Virus record (IMG/VR): IMGVR_UViG_3300035684_000004
Coordinates: 1-62,152 of that record
DNA: 62,152 bases
Direction: 5' to 3' (one strand)
Source of the DNA: a virus
Below are positions 18,838 through 28,198 of the stretch, one piece after another. Every line of letters starts with the position of its first letter. Position 1 is the first letter of the stretch. Under the pieces are notes generated by a model. The model ran no database searches. It was not told where the DNA came from and saw only the letters and a program-made list of their open reading frames with translations. The translations under genes were made by a program, and so were the position numbers.

Positions 18838-20313
18838 TCAGACGGTGAGGTCGGTGACGTCGCGGACCAGGAACTGGCTGACCTCGCCGTAGACCGCGCG
18901 TGTGGTCGGGGTGTTGCCGAGCACGAAGTCGAAGCGCAGGGTGTCCGTGCCGGCGGGAGTGGTGAACCGGCGGTGCGCGACCGCGTAGGTGTCCAGCACG
19001 CCGGACAGGTGACAGCACCACGTGTAGGAGCCGGTGTTGGAGCCCGACCCGCGGGGGATGCAGCCGAAGGAGAAGTTGGTGCCGTTGACGGCGTCGCTCT
19101 CGAGGTCGACATGCACCAGGGCGCTGACCTCGTACGTACGCCCGCCCTGAACGCCGGTGACATCTGCGCGCCAGAAGTTGGACCCCGGCGCGGTGCTCTG
19201 GGCCAAGCTGATGCGCTGCCACTTCCCGTAGGTGGCGGCGGGCGTCGACAGGCTCGGGGTGCCGACCTTGCTGAGGCCGTCTGCGAGGCCGTCGGCGTTG
19301 GTGTCAGTGTTGAACAGGCCGCCGCCGGTGACGAGGTTCTGCTGGGTCAGGATCGACGTCGAGAGCGGGGGAGCGCCGTTGCGGAACCTGCTGGTGAAGC
19401 GGGTGTCGGCTAGGGCTGCCTGCGCGATGGCGAGGTGCCCGGCCTGGTTGGGGTGGACGTTGTCCAGCTTGAGCGTTGACCGGTACAGGCCGGTGGCGGG
19501 GTCGACCAGGGCGCTGTGGGCGTCGATGATGGGGTAGCCGTAGGCGCGGTGGAGCTCCCAGATCCACGCGTTCCACTGCTGGACGTAGCCGTTGACCGTC
19601 GTGCTGTCGTCGCGCGGAGGGATCGTCCACAGCCCCGGGGTGATCCCCGCAGATTCAAGGGCGGCGCGGATGCGTGCGTGCGTGGCCTGCGACTCGGCGA
19701 ACGAGTAGCCCACGGCGCCGACGTCGTTGGTGCCGAGCGCGATGGTGACGACCTCGGGACGCGGCGTGATCGCCAGGACTGTCGGCAGCAGTGTCGACTC
19801 GCCCTGGGCCAGGGTGTAGCCGCTGGTTCCCACGTCGCCCCGGTAGCGGACCGTCTGGCGTGAGAGAAGCCCGAGCTGCCGATGCCAGGCCATGCCGTAG
19901 GAGGTCTGGTAGGCGGTGATCGAGTCGCCCATCGCCACGTGCCCGATCGGCTGGCGCCGGGGAACATAGGTGCCCGGTAGGGCGGCGAGCGCGGCCCGGA
20001 TGTCCCCACCGGGAGCGCCCTCCGCGGCGCCCGTCAGGTCCTTCCCCGTGGACGTCACGACCCCCACGTCACCCCGCGGCGCGCCCTTGTAGTCGAGCAT
20101 CTTCAGGTACAGCGTGGCGGTCGAGCTGTAGAACTCGGCGGTGCCCTGCGGGGTCCGGTTCCGCACCGTCGACCCCGACAACCCGTGCGCGTTCGGCACC
20201 GGCGTCACGCCGTCCGCCTCGACGACCGTGACCGGCGTCGACCCGCCGGACGCCGTGTCGACGCGGTACCACGGGCCCCGCTCCACCGCCACGCTGTGCC
20301 TGTACAGAGGCAT
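18838..20313 (-). CDS. SGNH/GDSL hydrolase-domain protein with C-terminal beta-sandwich-like domain
   Basis: 491 aa. Blocks AMGDSIT, GTND and DNVHPN are present. The N-terminal ~95 aa are paralogous to 20354..21898. Confidence 0.8.
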   Translation of the reverse strand: MPLYRHSVAVERGPWYRVDTASGGSTPVTVVEADGVTPVPNAHGLSGSTVRNRTPQGTAEFYSSTATLYLKMLDYKGAPRGDVGVVTSTGKDLTGAAEGAPGGDIRAALAALPGTYVPRRQPIGHVAMGDSITAYQTSYGMAWHRQLGLLSRQTVRYRGDVGTSGYTLAQGESTLLPTVLAITPRPEVVTIALGTNDVGAVGYSFAESQATHARIRAALESAGITPGLWTIPPRDDSTTVNGYVQQWNAWIWELHRAYGYPIIDAHSALVDPATGLYRSTLKLDNVHPNQAGHLAIAQAALADTRFTSRFRNGAPPLSTSILTQQNLVTGGGLFNTDTNADGLADGLSKVGTPSLSTPAATYGKWQRISLAQSTAPGSNFWRADVTGVQGGRTYEVSALVHVDLESDAVNGTNFSFGCIPRGSGSNTGSYTWCCHLSGVLDTYAVAHRRFTTPAGTDTLRFDFVLGNTPTTRAVYGEVSQFLVRDVTDLTV

Positions 20314-20353
20314 TGCCGTCTCCCTACTCGCAGATCAGTTCAGGTCGTCGAGG

Positions 20354-21898
20354 TCAGCAGCCGATGGACGCGAGCGCCGCGGACGCCTCCGACGCGATCT
20401 TCCGCGCGTACCACTCGACGCCGTAGGTGGTGGGGTGCGTCGCGTCGGTGTCGGTGATGACGTCGGCGTTCCCGGTCCCGGCGAGCGCGCCCACGCGGCC
20501 GTTGCCCGTGATCCACGGCAGGGCGCGGACGCTGCTCGTGCTGGCCCCTCCCGCCGACCTGGCGTACCAGGAGCCGGTCAAGGCATCGAGGAAGACCCAC
20601 GGTCCCGCCGTGGCCTGCAGAGCAGCCAGAACCCCGTCCCGGACGTCGACGTAGTTCCCGTTGCTGGCGTTCGTCAGGTTCGGCGTGAACGGGGCGGCGC
20701 AGATGATCGGTGCAACAGCGGAGTACGCACGGATCGCCGCGAAGAGCGCCGTTGCTTCGGCCTGCAGTGCGGCCTTGCTCTGCCGACTCTGGTCGTTCAA
20801 CCCACCGAACACACCGAACGCCGTGGGTGCCTGAGGCAGGACATCCAACGCAAGCCGCTCACGGAACGTCGTGTAGTTGCCGCTGTTGTTGTTCAGGAAG
20901 CCAGTGCCGCCGACGCTTGAGTCGTACACGGTGTCGAAGCCCAGCAGCCGTCCGACTCTCGGGTAGAGGTCGTACACGTTCTCGCTGCTGGCTCGCTGAC
21001 CGAACGAGTCGCCCAGCACGCCCCAGCTCGCGGCGTTCAGCCGCGCAGGCGCGGCAATCGAGTCGGTCGGCCCCACGGCCATCGCGATGACGCCGTTGGC
21101 GTACCCCTCAAAGCGGATCGTCCGCCACTGCCGGGAGCCGAACGCCAGCTTCGTCCACGACTTCACGTTGCCGCTCTTGCCGTTGACGCCGTAGCTGGTG
21201 GCGATGGGCTCCCCGTCGATGACCCACATGCCGCCGTAGTCGTTGTAGAAGCGGAACTCAACGTCCGGAGCGTCAGTGTCGATCTCCCACGTGGTCCGCT
21301 GCAGGGCGAAGTTGGCGCCCTGGCCGGTGCCTGACGTCCCACCCTGGTAGTACGTGTCGCCGCCAGCGACCACGCTGTTCGTCCGCGCATTGATCCACCG
21401 CACCCGGGGGTCGGACATCAGCATCGTGACTGCGCTCGTGATGGTCGGCGAACCGCCGTTGGCGCCGTGCGTGATGGTCGGCGGTGCCGCCATGACGGTT
21501 CGCGGCTTCTGGCTCAACCGACGCATCGCAGGGTTCGGGCCCACCTGCCCGCGGGTGACCTGCGCCGGCTGGATGAAGACGAGCGGAAGAGATCCGCCGG
21601 GCGGTGCATCGGTGGCAGCAGTCAGGTCCCGTCCGGTGGACGTCACGACCGGGTCGCCGAGCAGGGCGCCCTTGTAGTCGAGGTGCTTGAGGTACAGCGT
21701 CTGCGTCGTCGACACGAAGTCGCACGTGCCCTGCTCCGTCCGGGGCCCGACGGTCGACCCGGACCCGCCGAACGCATTCGCGACCGGCGTGACGCCGTCG
21801 AGCTCGAGCACCGTCACCGCGCTGTCCACCCCGGACGACGAGTCCACCCGGTACCACTCCCGCCACGCCAGCGGCGCCCGGTGCCTGTACAGCGGCAT
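20354..21898 (-). CDS. SGNH/GDSL hydrolase-domain protein (paralogous N-terminus)
   Basis: 514 aa. Blocks VLGDSFG, GGLND and DATHP are present. It shares the MPLYRH...WYRVD...DGVTPV...TLYLK.LDYKGA N-terminal domain. Confidence 0.8.
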   Translation of the reverse strand: MPLYRHRAPLAWREWYRVDSSSGVDSAVTVLELDGVTPVANAFGGSGSTVGPRTEQGTCDFVSTTQTLYLKHLDYKGALLGDPVVTSTGRDLTAATDAPPGGSLPLVFIQPAQVTRGQVGPNPAMRRLSQKPRTVMAAPPTITHGANGGSPTITSAVTMLMSDPRVRWINARTNSVVAGGDTYYQGGTSGTGQGANFALQRTTWEIDTDAPDVEFRFYNDYGGMWVIDGEPIATSYGVNGKSGNVKSWTKLAFGSRQWRTIRFEGYANGVIAMAVGPTDSIAAPARLNAASWGVLGDSFGQRASSENVYDLYPRVGRLLGFDTVYDSSVGGTGFLNNNSGNYTTFRERLALDVLPQAPTAFGVFGGLNDQSRQSKAALQAEATALFAAIRAYSAVAPIICAAPFTPNLTNASNGNYVDVRDGVLAALQATAGPWVFLDALTGSWYARSAGGASTSSVRALPWITGNGRVGALAGTGNADVITDTDATHPTTYGVEWYARKIASEASAALASIGC

Positions 21899-21941
21899 TG
21901 CTCTCTCCCTGGATCAGCGCCACGCCAGCCGTGGCCGTGCC

Positions 21942-22823
21942 CTACTTCCCGGCGAGCGCCCCGCGGACGGTGCGCCACGCGGCGTCCGTCCCCGGCCCCC
22001 ACACGCCGTCCACCCCGAGGCCGGGCACCAGCGCCCGCCACGCCGTCTGCAGCGCCCGCACCGTCCGCGCGTGCGACGTCTTCGACTGCGCCCCCCACGC
22101 GCCGTCGACGTGCGCGCCGCACGCGGCCTGCGCCGCCCGGACCTGGGCCTCGGTGCCGGCGCCGTCGCGGAGCTCCCGGACGGCGGTCACGGCCCGGTCC
22201 GTCTGCGGGCCCCACGCACCGTCGACGCCGACGTGCACGGCCCGCTGCGTCGCGAGCACGACCGCGCGCTGCTTCGGGACCGCCGTCGTGCCGCCCGTGA
22301 GCGGCTTCCCGTCGAGCAGCTTCGCGTACTCCCCGAGCAGCTGCCCCGGGCACGACGTCGGGTGGAACGTGAAGTGCGGCTCCACCTCGAGACCGGAGCC
22401 GGCGGCGCGGGACTGCTGCACCCACCACCCCAGCGCGCCGAGCGCCTCCGTCGTCGGGGGCCGGCCGTCGTTCAGGTGCACGAACGCGTGGAACCGGTCG
22501 TTCCCGTCGTTCGAGCCCTGCGCGGCCGTCCTCACGCCCAGGCCCCGCCCGGCGAACGCGTACCCGTGCTGGCAGAACCCGCCGCTGTACGCGATGTCGT
22601 TCCACCCGCGGGGCTGCTCCATGTGCATCTGCTGCCAGCGCCGCCAGATCGCCTCGCACACCGTGTGCGACCGGATCGTCAGCGGGTCCCCGCCGTAGTG
22701 GACGGCGACGCCGCCGGGGTTGGTGTCGATCTGGTGGGACACGCTGCGGGGCGCGACGAGGCCGAGCTGCGCGCGCGCGCGGAATCCGACGATCCGCGGC
22801 CGGACCAGCGTCAGGCCGGTCAC
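21942..22823 (-). CDS. Endolysin: N-acetylmuramoyl-L-alanine amidase (Amidase_2/PGRP-like) + PG-binding repeats
   Basis: 293 aa from GTG 22823. Contains AVHYGG...WNDIAYSGGFCQHG, plus three VDGAWGPQT-type repeats. Confidence 0.88.
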   Translation of the reverse strand: MTGLTLVRPRIVGFRARAQLGLVAPRSVSHQIDTNPGGVAVHYGGDPLTIRSHTVCEAIWRRWQQMHMEQPRGWNDIAYSGGFCQHGYAFAGRGLGVRTAAQGSNDGNDRFHAFVHLNDGRPPTTEALGALGWWVQQSRAAGSGLEVEPHFTFHPTSCPGQLLGEYAKLLDGKPLTGGTTAVPKQRAVVLATQRAVHVGVDGAWGPQTDRAVTAVRELRDGAGTEAQVRAAQAACGAHVDGAWGAQSKTSHARTVRALQTAWRALVPGLGVDGVWGPGTDAAWRTVRGALAGK

Positions 22824-22969
22824 GCCGGCCCGCCCTCGATGTCGTCGTCGCCGGCGTCGAGGGGCTCGCCGCCCTGCCCGGTGGGCGCGACGTCCGGGTC
22901 GGGGATGACGAGCGGGTCGGGGACCGCCACCCATCCCGCCCCGGTGTCGACGTGCTTCGCGTCGGCCAT
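22820..22969 (-). CDS. Small acidic ORF (49 aa)
   Basis: ATG 22969 lies 3 nt after the upstream stop, and its TGA overlaps the endolysin GTG (GTGA). Below the ORF-track size cut-off. Confidence 0.45.
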   Translation of the reverse strand: MADAKHVDTGAGWVAVPDPLVIPDPDVAPTGQGGEPLDAGDDDIEGGPA

Positions 22970-22972
22970 GCG

Positions 22973-23566
22973 TCAGCCGCCGAGCTTGTCGAAGATCGTG
23001 CGGCGGTTCTTCCCGCCCCGCTCCCGGTCGAGCACGATCTGCGCGTGCTCCGGGTGGTCCTCGATGTACTCGACGACCTGCGCGACGGTGTGCTCGCCGG
23101 GCTGGAAGTCGGTGACCTCGTCCGGGTCGGTCGCCGGGGCGTCCGAGCCGTACGACCGGTTCACCTCACGGAGCCGGGCCGAACGCGGCTTCCGCGTGGT
23201 CGTCGGGATGTGCGGCAGGACCTTGTCCTCGTGGCCAGCGGGGATCGGGTCGCCCGGGTGCAGGTACACCGACTCGCCGTCGACGCCGTGGATGACGACG
23301 GACCCGTCGAAGGTGTCCGCGATCCACTTCTTCGTGTCGCCCGACGGCTCGTCGTCCTCGTCGTCGTCCTGGGTCGCGGCGGCCGCGGCGCGGGCCTCCG
23401 CGAGCTCGGCCTTGAGGCGCTCGATCTCGGCGGCCTGCGCCGCCTGCGCGTCCGTGGTGCTCTGCGCGCCGTCCACCGGCGGCGGGCCGCCCGGGTCGCC
23501 GGCAGGGGACGGTGTCGGCGCCCCGGTGGTCGTGGTGCCCTGCTGGCCTCGCTGCTGTCCTGGCAC
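22973..23566 (-). CDS. Hypothetical protein (197 aa) after the major capsid gene
   Basis: GTG 23566 with CAGCGGAGGGA upstream. Has a coiled-coil/acidic middle. Confidence 0.65.
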   Translation of the reverse strand: MPGQQRGQQGTTTTGAPTPSPAGDPGGPPPVDGAQSTTDAQAAQAAEIERLKAELAEARAAAAATQDDDEDDEPSGDTKKWIADTFDGSVVIHGVDGESVYLHPGDPIPAGHEDKVLPHIPTTTRKPRSARLREVNRSYGSDAPATDPDEVTDFQPGEHTVAQVVEYIEDHPEHAQIVLDRERGGKNRRTIFDKLGG

Positions 23567-23673
23567 GGTCGTCCCTCCGCTGTCTGCTCTGTCGTGGATG
23601 CGGCCCCGGCGCCGCCCGCTGCTGGACGACACCGAGGCCGCTGTCTCGTGCTGTCGTGCTCCCCCGCCCGGCG

Positions 23674-24738
23674 TCAGCCGATCGTCGCGATGGTGAGCTG
23701 CCGCGGGTCGTCGAGGATCGGCATCCCGCACCCGGACACCTTCGTCCAGGACGTGATCGGGTCCTCGGAGAACCAGGTGCCGCCGATCAGGCCGGGCGCC
23801 GTCTCCCGCGTGAGCGCGCCCGTCCGGATCAGCTGGAACGAGTCGCGGGTCACGCCGAGCTGCGTCTCCCCGAGGCCGTCGGCGACCATGACGAGCTTGC
23901 CCGCGGGGATCAGCGGGACGTCGGTGCCGAGGTAGTTCGTGATCGCGTGCTCGACGACCACGAGCTGCGGCAGGCCCCGCTGGGCGCGGACCTGGTTGAC
24001 CTCGTCGATCGACAGGTCCGGCACGTTCGTCAGCGACGCCGCGCCGGCGTACCGCACCGTCTTGTACTGGGTCGTCTTCCCGAGCGCCTGCGCCATCGCG
24101 AGCCGCGTGTACGCCTTCCTCGGCCGCTTGAAGCCGAGCTGGGTCATCGCGAGGACCCACGCCTCCTCGTCGGCGATCGGCGTCGACGACGCGGCGTTCG
24201 TCCACAGCGGCGACGCCGTCGGCTTCTGCCCCGAGCCAATCGCGTAGTCCGTCTCGGCGAACAGGTTGTTCTCGCCGGCCAGGGTGAACTTGCCGGTCGT
24301 GAGGAGCTGCGCCTTCGCCAGCGCCAGCCGCAGCTTGATCGAGTCGGTCTGGTTCCGGAGGTCGTCGAACGCCTCGTTCACCAGCGCCGCGTCGTACGCC
24401 GGCGTCGTCCCGTTCTGGTTCAGGAACATCAGCTCCAGGAACTCCGACTCGCGCAGCGGGAGCTTCTGGCTGATCGGGGGCAGCTCGACTTCCTGCTCCG
24501 TCGCCTTGAGGTTGCGGCGGCCGAGCGGGGACTCCGAGTCCCACGTGCGGTACACCGCGGCGTACGACCGGCGCGTGACCGTGCCGAACCGCGCCTTGTT
24601 CGTCGCGACCCGCCGGTCGGGCAGGACGTTGAGGAAGTCCAGCACGCCAGGGTCGTCCCCGTACGGGTCCGGGAGCTCCCGGACGAAGATCGTGGCCTCG
24701 ACCGGGTCCACGAGGTTCCACGGGCTGAGAGTCGGCAT
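23674..24738 (-). CDS. Major capsid protein (lambda gpE-like family)
   Basis: 354 aa. Its size, and its position after the scaffold and decoration genes, match lambda gpE. The sequence style matches Phage_cap_E. Confidence 0.85.
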   Translation of the reverse strand: MPTLSPWNLVDPVEATIFVRELPDPYGDDPGVLDFLNVLPDRRVATNKARFGTVTRRSYAAVYRTWDSESPLGRRNLKATEQEVELPPISQKLPLRESEFLELMFLNQNGTTPAYDAALVNEAFDDLRNQTDSIKLRLALAKAQLLTTGKFTLAGENNLFAETDYAIGSGQKPTASPLWTNAASSTPIADEEAWVLAMTQLGFKRPRKAYTRLAMAQALGKTTQYKTVRYAGAASLTNVPDLSIDEVNQVRAQRGLPQLVVVEHAITNYLGTDVPLIPAGKLVMVADGLGETQLGVTRDSFQLIRTGALTRETAPGLIGGTWFSEDPITSWTKVSGCGMPILDDPRQLTIATIG

Positions 24739-24785
24739 CTGCTGCTATCTCCTGTCGGGACGGGCGGGAGCGCGGAGGCCGCTGC

Positions 24786-25199
24786 TCAGACGAACTTGAA
24801 GTAGGCGGCGAGGTCGGCCTTGCCGTTCGCGTCCAGCGCGACCCCGTTGTTGATCGTCGTGATCGCGGCGTCGACGACGACACCCTCGAACCGGAACGCG
24901 GCGAGGATCGGGGTGGTCGTGGGGTTCTCCGGGTCGACGGCGACGTCGGCCTCGAGGAACCCGACGCACACGTTGCGACCGTCGCCGGCGGCGTCGTCGT
25001 ACTTCCCGTACCGGCCGGTCGCCGTGATCTTCCCGAGGTACAGGCCGCTGGGCAGCCGGCCCTGCGGGTAGAACGCGCTCGTCCACGTCGACACGTCGAG
25101 CGTGCAGGGGCGGACGGTGTCCATGCCCTTCGCCGACGCCAGCCACTGCGGGCCGGACATGTCGATGTCGGTGACCTGACGGAGCCTGAGGTTCACCAC
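24786..25199 (-). CDS. Head decoration protein candidate (gpD-like position)
   Basis: 137 aa, immediately upstream of the gpE-like capsid gene. AGGAGA precedes GTG 25199. Confidence 0.55.
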   Translation of the reverse strand: MVNLRLRQVTDIDMSGPQWLASAKGMDTVRPCTLDVSTWTSAFYPQGRLPSGLYLGKITATGRYGKYDDAAGDGRNVCVGFLEADVAVDPENPTTTPILAAFRFEGVVVDAAITTINNGVALDANGKADLAAYFKFV

Positions 25200-25312
25200 A
25201 GCGGGGATCTCCTATCGGGGCGGCTGGTGAGGGGTGCCGCTCCGACCGGTGCTGTCCCGGCTGGTCGTCCACGTCCCCGCCGTGCGGGGTCTCTGGCCCG
25301 TGGTGGCCCGAC

Positions 25313-25328
25313 GGTCACAGGGTACGGG
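25313..25328. repeat. GGTCACAGGGTACGGG 16-mer, copy 2
   Basis: Exact match to 13449..13464. Lies in the 179-bp gap upstream of the decoration gene. Confidence 0.85.
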
Positions 25329-25378
25329 TCGGCGCCGCCCGCTCGTGGTGCCGCGCCGAAACCCGCCCCCGTGTCGCG

Positions 25379-26080
25379 CTACTTGAGCAGGTGCGCGGGC
25401 TTCTTCCCGGTGAGCCGCTCGATGTGCGCGGCGGCCTGCGCGCCCGGCTTGCTCTTCCCGTCCCCGGACGCGCCGGGGGACCCGACGGGCGGGGTGCCCG
25501 CGCCGCCGGTGGACGGCGTCCCGGACGCCGAGCCGGCGAACGCGCCGGGCAGCTGCTCCTTGAGCTTCCCGACCGCGGCCTTCACCGCTTCCTCGTCGGA
25601 GTCCACGGTCACGCCGAGCGCGGTCAGCGACGCCGTGAGCAGCTCGGGGCTGGTCGCGTTCGCGGCGGTCAGGTGCTTGATCGCGAGCGCGTTCAGCCGC
25701 TCCTTCTTCGCCTCGGCCAGGACCCGCTCGGCCTCGGCCTTCGCCCGCTCGGCGTCGGCCTTCGCCTTCTCCGCCTCCGTCATCGACGCGGCCTGCTGCT
25801 CGGCGTACCGCCGGTACCCCTCGGCCACGATGTTCGGGTCCTCGACACCCAGGCTCTTCGCCCACTCCTGGATCCCCGAGCGCCGGCCCTGGTCCTTCTC
25901 CCGCGCGGCGACCTCGCTGGTGCGGGTGTCGAGCTCCTGCGCGAGGTGCGGGTGCGCCTTCAGCACGTCCGCGAGGGTCCGCGGCGCGGTCGGCGCTCCG
26001 GTCCCGCCGCCGGCCTGGCCGCTGTCGTCGTCGGGCAGGGGCAGTGCGGCGGCCAGCCACGGGCGGTTCTTCGGCGGCAT
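25379..26080 (-). CDS. Scaffolding protein
   Basis: 233 aa, helical and rich in Ala/Glu/Lys. Lies between portal and capsid genes. GGAGGGA precedes ATG 26080. Confidence 0.7.
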   Translation of the reverse strand: MPPKNRPWLAAALPLPDDDSGQAGGGTGAPTAPRTLADVLKAHPHLAQELDTRTSEVAAREKDQGRRSGIQEWAKSLGVEDPNIVAEGYRRYAEQQAASMTEAEKAKADAERAKAEAERVLAEAKKERLNALAIKHLTAANATSPELLTASLTALGVTVDSDEEAVKAAVGKLKEQLPGAFAGSASGTPSTGGAGTPPVGSPGASGDGKSKPGAQAAAHIERLTGKKPAHLLK

Positions 26081-26141
26081 GTCGTCCCTCCGGGGTGTCG
26101 ATCGTCGTCAGCACGGAGGGTACGGCCCGTCACGCGCGGTG

Positions 26142-26160
26142 TGTGCCAGTTCGCGGCACA
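26142..26160. promoter_or_regulatory. Perfect dyad TGTGCC-N7-GGCACA upstream of the scaffold gene
   Basis: Read directly: tgtgcc agttcgc ggcaca. Confidence 0.6.
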
Positions 26161-26172
26161 CCCGGCGTGGCG

Positions 26173-28062
26173 TCACCTACCGGGGCGGGGTGAGGGAGGC
26201 TCCGGGGGCCCGCTGGGACGCGCGGAGTCGCCCTGAGGCTCGCGCTCGCGGCCCGCGGGGGGAGTGGTGGGGGGCTCGCCCTCCGGGTCGCTGGTGTCGC
26301 CGCCGAAGCCGCCACCGCCGCCGGCCGGCGGCTCGTCGCCGTGGTCGTGAGGCTCCGGCTCGACGTACGGCACCCCGAGGTACTTCGCGGCCGCCTCCAC
26401 GTTCCCCGTCGCCTCGACGATCCCCACCGCGATCTCCGTGCGCTCGGACTGGATCCGCTGCACCTCGGCCTGCGCGTCGTCGATCGGGACGCCAGCCTCC
26501 ATCAGCATCATGACCGCAGTCAGCGTGCTGATCGCGCCCTTCGTGAGGAGGTCGCCGACCTCCTGCAGCGTCGCGGCCCGGTCCGCGGGGAGGCCCTTCC
26601 CGAGGACCATCTGGATCGCCGGCAGCGGGCCCGCGGGGATGAGCTGGTTCGCCGACGCGAACGACGCGACCATCTTCCCCAGCAGGTCGTACTTCGCGCG
26701 CCGCACGGCGGTCATCTCCCGCTCGAGGGCCTCCACCGACGCGAACCCCAGCCGCATGCTGTACCCCGACGGGACCTGGTCGGGGGCGACCATCCCGAGC
26801 AGCACCTGCCCCAGCCGGGTGTTCCTCGCGAGCTTCTGCGCCAGCCGGTCGTTCTGCTTGATGAGCGCGTCCAGCGTCCGGGACGTGTCGAGCAGCGACA
26901 GGTCCTGCCCGGCGAACAGGTTCGACCAGCCGGCCGCGCCGGTCTGCGGCGCCTCGGTCAGGCCCTTCCCGACCAGGTGCGGCGACGCGACCGTCTCCGC
27001 GTTCAGCGCGAGGTCGGTGTCCCCCGACGCGATGTCGTCGAGGATCTGCGCGACCGTCGTGAGGATGCTCTTCCCCCACAGGTTCGACCCCGGGTAGTCG
27101 TTCGGCACCCCGATGACCGGCATGAAGTCGACGCCCAGGTCGACGGGCGGCACGAGGAACCGCGCGGCCGCCTTCGGGAACGAGTAGACGTCGCTGCCCT
27201 CGATCTTCGCGGGGTCGTAGTCGGCCTGCTCGTACCAGCACGTCCACCGGGTCGGCTCGTCGCGGTACGGCATCTTCCGCGGCCGGTCCAGGGGGCGCAT
27301 CCGCCACGTCGTCCGCCGGATCCACTCGACGTCCTTCTCGTCCGTCCACTGCCACGCGAGGTGCACGACCGGCGGGTAGTCGGCGTCCTTCCACCCCAGC
27401 TGCACGTACTCCTTCGACGTGATCGCGTCCCAGTGCGGGAAGTAGAACCCGGGGTCGTACCCCGACAGGCGCGGCCGCTTCACGTCACCGTCCCAGTGGA
27501 GCACCAACACCGAGTCCCCGAGCGTGATCGTGCGGTTCTCCGCCTCGACGAGCTTCTGCCCGACCTTCTCCTTCTCGAACCACCGCTTGAGGTACTCCTG
27601 CACCTCCACCGGCAGCGACCCCGCCCCGGGGGTGACGAGCTCCCCGCCGGGGTTCTTCGCCGGCTCGGCGTCCGGGACCCGGAACCGCTGCTCGTCGCCC
27701 AGCACCAGGGACCGGGCGGTGTCGATCAGGTTCTGCGGGTCGCCGTACTCGCGGTACTGCAGCGCCTGCGGGAACGCCACCGGCGACTCCGCGCCGTCCG
27801 CCTCCGTGACCGGCTTCGCGCGCCACATGTGCGACGGGAGCCAGTGCCGGCGCACGTTGTCCGCGTACGCCTGCAGCACCTGGTACGCCAGCAGCCGCCG
27901 GCGGTCGTCCTTCGGGAGCCACGTCCCGATCCCCGGCGCGAGCAGCGTCGGGAGCTGCCCCGCGCCGATGACGTGCGTCAGGCCCGCCCACTGGTCGTGG
28001 AGGAACGGCTGCCGGTACGCCCCCTGGCCGAGCTGGCTCACGTGCTGGCTCTGGATCGTCAC
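26173..28062 (-). CDS. Portal protein
   Basis: 629 aa. It is the first large ORF after TerL and precedes the scaffold. Has a Gly/Pro-rich C-terminal tail. Confidence 0.8.
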   Translation of the reverse strand: MTIQSQHVSQLGQGAYRQPFLHDQWAGLTHVIGAGQLPTLLAPGIGTWLPKDDRRRLLAYQVLQAYADNVRRHWLPSHMWRAKPVTEADGAESPVAFPQALQYREYGDPQNLIDTARSLVLGDEQRFRVPDAEPAKNPGGELVTPGAGSLPVEVQEYLKRWFEKEKVGQKLVEAENRTITLGDSVLVLHWDGDVKRPRLSGYDPGFYFPHWDAITSKEYVQLGWKDADYPPVVHLAWQWTDEKDVEWIRRTTWRMRPLDRPRKMPYRDEPTRWTCWYEQADYDPAKIEGSDVYSFPKAAARFLVPPVDLGVDFMPVIGVPNDYPGSNLWGKSILTTVAQILDDIASGDTDLALNAETVASPHLVGKGLTEAPQTGAAGWSNLFAGQDLSLLDTSRTLDALIKQNDRLAQKLARNTRLGQVLLGMVAPDQVPSGYSMRLGFASVEALEREMTAVRRAKYDLLGKMVASFASANQLIPAGPLPAIQMVLGKGLPADRAATLQEVGDLLTKGAISTLTAVMMLMEAGVPIDDAQAEVQRIQSERTEIAVGIVEATGNVEAAAKYLGVPYVEPEPHDHGDEPPAGGGGGFGGDTSDPEGEPPTTPPAGREREPQGDSARPSGPPEPPSPRPGR

Positions 28063-28117
28063 GACGCGAGGATGACACGCGGCGGGTGTGCCAGTCCCTC
28101 AGACACCCTCAGACGGC

Positions 28118-28156
28118 ACGGAACCCCCGGTCGGGTCGATGTCCCGGGGGTTCCGT
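28118..28156 (-). terminator. 13-bp GC-rich hairpin after 28199..28468
   Basis: ACGGAACCCCCGG / CCGGGGGTTCCGT arms read directly. No U-tract. Confidence 0.55.
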
Positions 28157-28198
28157 CCGCCGTGCTCGGGGGGGAGGAGCGCGCCGGTGCCAGGCACG

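Noticed and set aside
28096-28116. Tandem CCCTCAGAC x2 next to a TGTGCC half-site.
   Set aside because: There are only two short copies and no further occurrences. It is not enough to call an element on its own.
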